In this document: one piece after another, positions 57,176 to 64,000 of the stretch
How positions within the stretch are numbered: position 1 is the first letter of the stretch
Layout: every line of letters begins with the position of its first letter
NCBI GenBank assembly: GCA_964650355.1
Contig: CAZYTL010000006.1
Coordinates: 11,019-75,018 of the forward strand
Direction: 5' to 3'
Source of the DNA: an uncultured Gammaproteobacteria bacterium
GTDB taxonomy: Bacteria; Patescibacteriota; Microgenomatia; CAYXHB01; CAZYTL01
DNA length: 64,000 nucleotides
Notes under the pieces: generated by a model
The model's input: only the letters and a program-made list of their open reading frames with translations
Databases searched by the model: none
What the model was told of the DNA's origin: nothing
Position numbers and translations under genes: made by a program

Positions 57176-58324
57176 ATGTTAAAAAGGCGAATTTTAACTA
57201 TTTTATTTTTGGCTTTGTTGGTAGGGATCGGTTGGTGGGGAGTGGATCACCAGGGGTGGTTGATTCAGGCGGCCGGACCGCTGGTGGTGACCTGGGAGGA
57301 CACGCCATTGTTTTATGTGACTAATATGCTGCCCGGAGACAGCGAGTCCAAGACGATCGGATTTGATAATCAAAAGGACCAGAGTGTGCAGATCGGGTTA
57401 AGAGCGATAAAAGTGGAAGAGGATCCGACTGATCCGGCGATTTCTCAGGTGTTGGATGTGGTAGTGGAAAAGGTGGGAGGAAGTGTGTTGTATGGACAGG
57501 GTAGTCCGGGCGGAGCAAAGACGTTGGCAGATTTGTTAATGGAATTTGACGGCAGCGACTCGCTGGTGTTGGGAACTTTGGCGCCTGGAGATAAAGCTGA
57601 TTACATGATGACGGTGGAGATGCCTACATGGGTCGGGAATGAATACCAGGGCGCCAAGGTGGTGTTTAATTTGCAGGTGATTACTGATCATAAGGCCTTG
57701 GATTTGCCGCCGGAATGTGAGCATTTGAGAGGCACGATCACGGCAGTGATTGAAGGCACGGAGGGGAAGGATGTGCTGCGAGGGACTTCGGCCAATGAGC
57801 TGATTATCGGATACGGAGAAAAGGATAATATCAAAGGCAATGGAGGCGATGATTGCCTGGTGGGAGGAGACGGGGATGACCATATTAACGGGGGAACAGG
57901 GAATGATGTGCTGATCGGGGGAGAAGGTAATGATGATTTGGACGGGCATTTTGGCAATGATTTGATCTACGGAGGCAATGGAAATGATTTGCTGAAAGGC
58001 AAGCAGGGACAGGATGTGTTTTACGCCGGAGAAGGGGATGACAAAGTGCGTGCCGGGTCAGGCGAAGACCTGATTTTCGGAGGACCAGGGAATGACCAAT
58101 TGGAAGGAGGAGGAGACGATGATTTGATTTTTGGGGAAGCGGGAAATGACATGATTAAAGGTGACAGTGGGGATGATGTGATTGAAGGGGGACAGGGAGA
58201 TGATGACATGAACGGCAACAGCGGGGATGATCATTTGACCGGGGATGCGGACACGGACAAGGCTAACGGGAGCTCGGGAACTGATACCTGCGACGCGGAG
58301 ACGGAAATTCACTGCGAGCTATGA
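57176..58324 (+). CDS. Exported protein with a TasA-like N-domain and RTX (hemolysin-type) Ca-binding repeats
   Basis: NMLPGDSESKTI...GNEYQGAK; many GGxGxDxLx nonapeptides. Confidence 0.9.
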   Translation: MLKRRILTILFLALLVGIGWWGVDHQGWLIQAAGPLVVTWEDTPLFYVTNMLPGDSESKTIGFDNQKDQSVQIGLRAIKVEEDPTDPAISQVLDVVVEKVGGSVLYGQGSPGGAKTLADLLMEFDGSDSLVLGTLAPGDKADYMMTVEMPTWVGNEYQGAKVVFNLQVITDHKALDLPPECEHLRGTITAVIEGTEGKDVLRGTSANELIIGYGEKDNIKGNGGDDCLVGGDGDDHINGGTGNDVLIGGEGNDDLDGHFGNDLIYGGNGNDLLKGKQGQDVFYAGEGDDKVRAGSGEDLIFGGPGNDQLEGGGDDDLIFGEAGNDMIKGDSGDDVIEGGQGDDDMNGNSGDDHLTGDADTDKANGSSGTDTCDAETEIHCEL

Positions 58325-58393
58325 TCAGCGGTCAGAAGAAGGTAATCCTGACCAGGTGATGACAAATGAGGTATAATTTGACTGGAGTCTAAT

Positions 58394-59695
58394 ATGTCTG
58401 AAGGAATGACCGGGCAGGTGGAAGTACGGAAAGGGCCACGAGCGCAAGCCTTAACACCTCTTTATGAAAAGGCAATGGAGGCGGCAGGCGCGCCGTTGCC
58501 CGCACTCTCGTCTGATAGATTACTGGAATGCTCAACGAAAATCGACAAGGAAAGAAGCGATCCCAAATTTGTTCTAGATGGAGATGATTTGCGAGATATA
58601 TTGGAAATACATGGGATAAACGGCTTTTTACGAGATCAAGTGGTTGACCAAGTAAGCGGACTGCGAAGTGATGTGGAAACCCTCACCAACGCTCACCCTG
58701 ACCGGCAGACGAATATCTCCCTGATCTTGTCAACACTGCGAGAACAATCGCGAGTGCAACAGGCATGGGAGGCGGTACCAAACGAAATACAAAAATTGGT
58801 GGCAGATTATAATGAGCGCTGGACGCCAGGAAGGCGACAATGGACGGTGAGAAAAAACATGGGTGGGGGAAAATTCGTAGAAGAGGAGGGGAAGGAAACT
58901 CAAGAAGAAGCCGATGCAAGGCTGCAAAAAAATAAAGATAAGTTAGGAATATGGAAAAGTGTAGCGGTAACTGATGAACAGCGATATTTATTGCCTGCAG
59001 TGAAGTTTCTGAACAAAGAATTTTCTGTCGACAAGCTGACAGAGTTAGGTTATACAAATGAGGTCAGGGAGCGATTAATCCAGATGATGAAACTTCTGGA
59101 TGATCCCGAGGCCTATCCAGAACTCCAAAAGACATATCCGACCACAGTTTGGAAGCATAGAGATGAATTCTATTATTCAAGACTGGCCCAAATAGCGATG
59201 CCGTTGGTAGAGGCACAAATAAAGGAAGAAAAAAGGAATCGGAATACCGTTCTCGTAGAGACGGCAGCGCAAACCATGAGATCAATGCGAGAAAGAGGAG
59301 GAGGTAACCCCCAAGCACAGGATACAGGTTTGGCAGATCTCTATGCTGACCTTCAATTATTAGCGCGGTCTGATAATGAGAACCGGATACGAAGACAAGG
59401 AGGAAAGTTAGTTGGCACGCAAAGAGAAGACCAGATTCAAGCGCGAAAGCAATTAGTGCAAAAAATAAGATCCAGATTGGGTAACCATTTACCCGGGGTG
59501 ATGATAGTAGGGAATCAGGGATATGAAGGAGTAAGTCTTGACGGTCAAATGTATGACGGATCTAATCCGGCAATGACTTTCTGGTTGGCAAGAAAGCTAG
59601 AAACCCGGCTGTCGGACAAGAGCCACCTGCGACAGATACCTTTGGCCCGGTTACAAGAGTGGCAACAAGGAAAAGCCGAGTTAAAAGAAGAGTAA
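58394..59695 (+). CDS. Hypothetical helical protein
   Basis: 433-aa ATG ORF. Confidence 0.8.
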   Translation: MSEGMTGQVEVRKGPRAQALTPLYEKAMEAAGAPLPALSSDRLLECSTKIDKERSDPKFVLDGDDLRDILEIHGINGFLRDQVVDQVSGLRSDVETLTNAHPDRQTNISLILSTLREQSRVQQAWEAVPNEIQKLVADYNERWTPGRRQWTVRKNMGGGKFVEEEGKETQEEADARLQKNKDKLGIWKSVAVTDEQRYLLPAVKFLNKEFSVDKLTELGYTNEVRERLIQMMKLLDDPEAYPELQKTYPTTVWKHRDEFYYSRLAQIAMPLVEAQIKEEKRNRNTVLVETAAQTMRSMRERGGGNPQAQDTGLADLYADLQLLARSDNENRIRRQGGKLVGTQREDQIQARKQLVQKIRSRLGNHLPGVMIVGNQGYEGVSLDGQMYDGSNPAMTFWLARKLETRLSDKSHLRQIPLARLQEWQQGKAELKEE

Positions 59696-59872
59696 ACCAC
59701 GAAGAGAGACTTAAATTAGCCGAGGATACAGGAGGATGGTTTAGAGGACGAGCGACTATCTAATGGCTTGGTTGACAAAGGGGACCTTTGGTGGAATAAG
59801 TGAGGAGGATGTGTGGGGTGAACTTTTTACATTGATTGACGAGACCTATAGATATAATTTATAATAGTTTGG

Positions 59873-60364
59873 ATGGGAACGGAGTATCGCTTAATCACAG
59901 CAATTGAGGAAAGAAATCTTACGAAAAGAGCGCGTTTTGTTAATTGGGTAATGGATAAAGAAACCTTTTTGGGAGTAGTTTGGACGGCGAATACCCGCCA
60001 CTCACTATTGAGATTATCTCCTCCTTTTGAATCGTTAGTGATAAAGCCTCGAGGTTGGAAGGAGATCTCAGTCGTGAATGAAGGAAGAGAAGAATTCTAC
60101 TGGGACAGAAATAAGATAGGGGCGCTTCTACCTCCAGAGGAAGAGAAGATACTGTCTTTAACGTCAGGAGAGCAAGGTCGTATTATGAAGGCGGGTACTG
60201 ATCTGGAGAGAGCGATTGTGGCCAGAATAAATGTGAGAGGAGCCTTGGATAATCTAAACTTAGCAAATCCCATGGCGGATCTACAGTCAGGAGAATTTTT
60301 CAACTTATGGTGGATGGGATATGTAAGAAGGATAAGCGGAGAGCTTGCTCAATTGGCTGGTTGA
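59873..60364 (+). CDS. Hypothetical protein
   Basis: 163 aa; TTGACG-18-TATAAT ending 7 nt before the ATG. Confidence 0.7.
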   Translation: MGTEYRLITAIEERNLTKRARFVNWVMDKETFLGVVWTANTRHSLLRLSPPFESLVIKPRGWKEISVVNEGREEFYWDRNKIGALLPPEEEKILSLTSGEQGRIMKAGTDLERAIVARINVRGALDNLNLANPMADLQSGEFFNLWWMGYVRRISGELAQLAG

Positions 60365-62820
60365 TCGAGAGTGTCTCTCATCCAGATCTGGAGGTGGGGA
60401 TGATCAAAGACGGAAAAGGTTTCTTCGGCCAAGGCTTCGTCGGTGATGGCGAAAGGCCCGATGCGGGGAGCGTTATAGAAGTCGGCGACTTTGGTGAAGC
60501 CCAGGTCTCCGGAAAACAGTTGCTGGTAAAATTTAGCGGCTTGAGGAAATTGGTCTGGGTGATCAAGGGTATGTTTCCAGAGGCGACGGGAAAGGAGGAC
60601 GATGACGGCGGTTTGGGGAAGGGTAGCGGCTAGTTCCTGCTGACGTTGATAAGAGATGCTGGTTTCTGGAGGCAAAGATTCGTCGGATGATTGATCAAGT
60701 TCGTAAAAATTGAACAAGGTAATATGAGACATAAATCTCGGATTGAAGGGAATAATGCCCAGGTCCCAGACTTCGGAAATAATGCGGGAATTTTGCGGAA
60801 TATGTTGAACGGCCCACTGAGCGGCTTGGATGCGAGGATCAGGCTGAAGGTAGACGGAGAATAAAGACAAGCCTTGAATTACTTGCCAACCAATGATGAT
60901 CAAGAGAAACAGTGGGTATATTTTCAATCTTTTGTTTAATTGTTTCATGGTTTCATTGTTCCATTGTTGAAGTGCGATTAATATCCAAACAGCAGCAAAT
61001 ATCAAATAAGGCAGAGTGGGGATAGTATATCTAGTCCATTTGACGTAGAGTTGACCGATGAAGCCGAATTGGAGGAGGAAAAAGATCACTAGTAGGGAGG
61101 AAGCAGGAAGTAGAGATGGAGACGGTTTCGGAGTGCGGAGAGACAAAATTAGTCCGAGGAGACCCAGGATGAGTACTGGCCAGGAAAGGATCCAGGGGTA
61201 GACGTGGGTGAATTGGTAAAGGTAAGGGATGGTGTTAATAAAGTGACGGGTGTAGAAGGTGGAAATGGTGCCGCGGGCGATGTCGCCTTCGATACCGATA
61301 GAATAAGCAAAGGCAGGATTCAAATTATCCTCGGCTGATTTAATCAGTTCGAGAGGGTGGAGCAAAGTGTACGCTTCAGAAGATGGCTGAGGATGGACGG
61401 CTGGCGGGGGTGGAGGGTTGCCTCCTTTGTCTAAGGGAAGGAGGGCACGGAGAGTAAAAGGGTTAGTAACAAAGAAAATAACCGAACTGGCCAAAATCAG
61501 AGCGGATGATTTAAGAATGAGACTAAATAACCGGTTGACGAAGGCCGGAACCGGAGATTGGAAATAGGCGGGAGAAAGGGAAAGAGGAGCGAGAAGAGTG
61601 CGCGTTTTATGAAAGATGATTCTGGGAAGATTAATGAGCAGGAGGATGGTTTCCCAAACCCAATTAATGATGGAGCCGGCGGGAATACTTGATCCGTAAG
61701 CGGCAATGCCACAAGCCCAGAAGGCTAACAATGACCAAGCAAGATGGTAATCGCTGGTGACGACTAAAATCGACTGATAATCTGCCTGTTTAATTAGTTT
61801 GGTGACGGCTTGGGCGTTGCCCATGGTAGTATGAGACCGAGCTTCAAGGGTAAGATGGGAAGGCTTGACGCCGGCTTTAAGAGCCATCTCCTGCATAGCC
61901 TGAGCTTCGCTGGAGGCTGAATCAGAGAGGCGGTGCCCGGACCCGCCACTGAAGATCAGTTGCGGCGCCAAGCCCTGCTGGTAAAGTTTGAGGGCATGGC
62001 TAACCCTGTTTTTAAGCTCAACTGAAGGTTTACCAGAAGAAGATAAGGATTTGCCCAAGACCACAATGGCATCGTATTTTTCAAGATGAGAAGGATGGAC
62101 GGTTTGTTTGATTAACCACCAAAATAAGGCGAAACACAAAGCAGGAAGAAGGACAAGGCTGGTGACTTTAGTGCCCACGGCCAGACCAAGAAGCAGAGCG
62201 GCCCAGGTGATCCACTTCCAGGTGGGATTTCTGGCCAGTTCAAGAGCAACCACGAATAAGAGGAGGCGAAGAAAGGTGAGCCAGATCTCAAAGGTGCCGA
62301 AATGAGCGAACTGGATGAAACCAAAGCTAAAGGTGGTGAGAGTGGCGGATAAGAGAGGAATTAAGGTGGAGGGTTTAGGGTTTAGGGTGGATTTATTAAT
62401 GGGGCTAAAATATCTTTGGGTGATCCAATACATCAAAGGGATGAGAGCGGTAGAGAGGAGGGCGGAGATAATCCGACCGACTTTGATGGCAGTGAAAAAA
62501 GGGTCTTCAGTGACGCTCAGCCAGTGTTGAGCGGCTTTAACCAGGAAGAAGTTAAGGTAGATGGGCACGGTGCCGTAAGCAAAGAAATCAGGATCCATGT
62601 TATACGGCCAGCTGAGACGGGTGACGGCAGAGGCAATGTTGCGCTCGTCAGGATGGAACCACCAGGGTTCTCCCCAGTTGAGGTTGGTGAAGCGCAGGTA
62701 AGCGCCGATGAGGGTAAGGATGAACAATAAGAAGATTTCCACACGAATGAACCCGAATAGAACTCGAATTGGCGCGAAAAGGTGGCTTTTGTGTAGTGAC
62801 CGTAGGGATAGTTTACTCAT
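60349..62820 (-). CDS. GT-C (PMT/ArnT-like) glycosyltransferase with an inserted DUF218/YdcF domain
   Basis: HPDERNI, FFAYG, AHFGTFE, GTK, KWTRY, EETFSVFDHP; internal DAIVVLG...LIFSGG...SEA...T.GNA...LVVTSDYH. Confidence 0.88.
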   Translation of the reverse strand: MSKLSLRSLHKSHLFAPIRVLFGFIRVEIFLLFILTLIGAYLRFTNLNWGEPWWFHPDERNIASAVTRLSWPYNMDPDFFAYGTVPIYLNFFLVKAAQHWLSVTEDPFFTAIKVGRIISALLSTALIPLMYWITQRYFSPINKSTLNPKPSTLIPLLSATLTTFSFGFIQFAHFGTFEIWLTFLRLLLFVVALELARNPTWKWITWAALLLGLAVGTKVTSLVLLPALCFALFWWLIKQTVHPSHLEKYDAIVVLGKSLSSSGKPSVELKNRVSHALKLYQQGLAPQLIFSGGSGHRLSDSASSEAQAMQEMALKAGVKPSHLTLEARSHTTMGNAQAVTKLIKQADYQSILVVTSDYHLAWSLLAFWACGIAAYGSSIPAGSIINWVWETILLLINLPRIIFHKTRTLLAPLSLSPAYFQSPVPAFVNRLFSLILKSSALILASSVIFFVTNPFTLRALLPLDKGGNPPPPPAVHPQPSSEAYTLLHPLELIKSAEDNLNPAFAYSIGIEGDIARGTISTFYTRHFINTIPYLYQFTHVYPWILSWPVLILGLLGLILSLRTPKPSPSLLPASSLLVIFFLLQFGFIGQLYVKWTRYTIPTLPYLIFAAVWILIALQQWNNETMKQLNKRLKIYPLFLLIIIGWQVIQGLSLFSVYLQPDPRIQAAQWAVQHIPQNSRIISEVWDLGIIPFNPRFMSHITLFNFYELDQSSDESLPPETSISYQRQQELAATLPQTAVIVLLSRRLWKHTLDHPDQFPQAAKFYQQLFSGDLGFTKVADFYNAPRIGPFAITDEALAEETFSVFDHPHLQIWMRDTLDQPAN

Positions 62821-62877
62821 GGTTGACTGTTTTATTTTAAGCCAGAGAAGAGGGTGAAGTGAAGGGATGACCAGACG

Positions 62878-63555
62878 TTAGTCTGCAAGACTACAGACAG
62901 GTACGCAGACCTGGATACAGGCTCGAGTACTGGGTTGATGGCGGCAGGCAGAAGCACAGGAGTCATAAGTACCCCCGAGAATTTGAGTGCAATCCTGATC
63001 TTTGATGTTTTCACACTCCTGATATTGATCCAGCCACTGGCCACCTAACTGTTCACAGAGTGACTGGTGGTCAGAAGATCGGGGTTGTTCGCAGGTTTGC
63101 TGGCATTGTTCAAGGGTGTTAAAGGGGACCACACCTTGACAACCGCCCCAGAGAAATTGCTGGCACGACTGTGTTTGGTGGTCAAAGTAATATTTGGGAA
63201 AAGCTGCCTCGCAGGGGCCGGCTTTAGGAACCAAGTTACAGCGGAAGGTACATTTGGCAGGTTGATAATCGCAACTATCTGGATCACAGGGGTCAAGATT
63301 GGGTTGGCATTTGGAGATTCTGTCTCGATCGACCGGGGAACCGGTGGTGGAATCAGGTGAGGGGCTGGGGTTTACAACAGGTGAAGATTGAAAGGTGGGT
63401 GGACCTTTAAATATCTGCTGTCCGGTGAGGAGGATGATGACCAGGGCAGGGATGAAAATGATGATGAGGAGCACAAATGGCAACACATACCACCACGGAA
63501 GGCGGGGAAGGATTGATGGGTGTTTGTCAGAGGATGAGGTGGAAGGTGCGTCCAT
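62878..63555 (-). CDS. Membrane-anchored BPTI/Kunitz domain protein with further Cys-rich modules
   Basis: CNLVPKAGPCEAAFPKYYFD....CQQFLWGGCQG..PF.TLEQCQQTC. Confidence 0.9.
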   Translation of the reverse strand: MDAPSTSSSDKHPSILPRLPWWYVLPFVLLIIIFIPALVIILLTGQQIFKGPPTFQSSPVVNPSPSPDSTTGSPVDRDRISKCQPNLDPCDPDSCDYQPAKCTFRCNLVPKAGPCEAAFPKYYFDHQTQSCQQFLWGGCQGVVPFNTLEQCQQTCEQPRSSDHQSLCEQLGGQWLDQYQECENIKDQDCTQILGGTYDSCASACRHQPSTRACIQVCVPVCSLAD

Positions 63556-63627
63556 GGTGATAACGAATTTTAAAGGATTGGCAGTGAGATTAGCAAAAGG
63601 ATTTTGATTTCTAAAGGTTTGAAAAAA

Positions 63628-64000
63628 TTAATCTATACATAACTCCGGGGCCAGTTGGCTGTTCTCAACAAAGCTGAAACAGCCAAAGATATGCTCGTAA
63701 TTAGCACACTGGCCAGGAATCTTGCCTTCATAACTAATACACCGACCCGATTGACATTGACCACCGTCAGTACAAGATTGATCGGCATCTGAATAAGGGA
63801 TCTGGCAAAACTCCCGGCCGACTATCCCCCAAGCCCGCCAGTCTCCGCCAGCTGCTTCACAGGCTTCCTTGGTTGAAGGCGCTTCTGAAGGGGTGGGAGA
63901 AGGAATCGGAGTCAGTGACTGATCCAAAAACCGGAAGGTGGAGAGGATTTGGTTGATAAGTTGGTGTTTTTTTAGACCTCCACCAAACTCTTCATCATCC
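63628..64000 (-). CDS. Cys-rich exported protein, 5' end beyond the window
   Basis: Frame open to the window edge (…INQILSTFRFLDQSLT…); CEAAGGDW...C...C...C..GRC module. Confidence 0.75.
   Translation of the reverse strand, partial: DDEEFGGGLKKHQLINQILSTFRFLDQSLTPIPSPTPSEAPSTKEACEAAGGDWRAWGIVGREFCQIPYSDADQSCTDGGQCQSGRCISYEGKIPGQCANYEHIFGCFSFVENSQLAPELCID

Overview
Bacterial chromosomal segment in genetic code 11. Gene content (DUF4012 protein, shortened HrcA, four-helix-bundle gene, many orphan charged/coiled-coil proteins, pilin-like fusions, many apparently leaderless genes) points to a Patescibacteria/CPR organism, probably Microgenomates-type (inference). Recognisable genes: rplY, RNase HI, transketolase, hrcA-grpE-(orphan)-dnaK with two CIRCE boxes, two toxin-antitoxin modules, Fic, three NUDIX genes, an S8 protease, a flippase, a UDP-glucuronate decarboxylase, a GT-C glycosyltransferase and a Kunitz protein. 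Main findings: (1) a graspetide-type RiPP locus (precursor plus ATP-grasp macrocyclase, 44603-45908); (2) a unit at ~1096-3450 where a strong promoter precedes a long, densely paired + strand RNA, a GC-rich surface-protein gene and a hairpin-packed trailer, with a REP-flanked GIY-YIG gene sitting antisense in the loop of a ~40-bp stem; (3) a SipW/TasA-like fibre cluster (50497-58324) with a peptidase fused to its own putative substrate and a twice-repeated RNA motif showing covariation; (4) several REP/palindrome and 7-9-mer repeat families, some in frame inside enzymes. No rRNA, tRNA, CRISPR array, integrase or reverse transcriptase was recognised. All calls come from reading motifs by eye; no searches were run.
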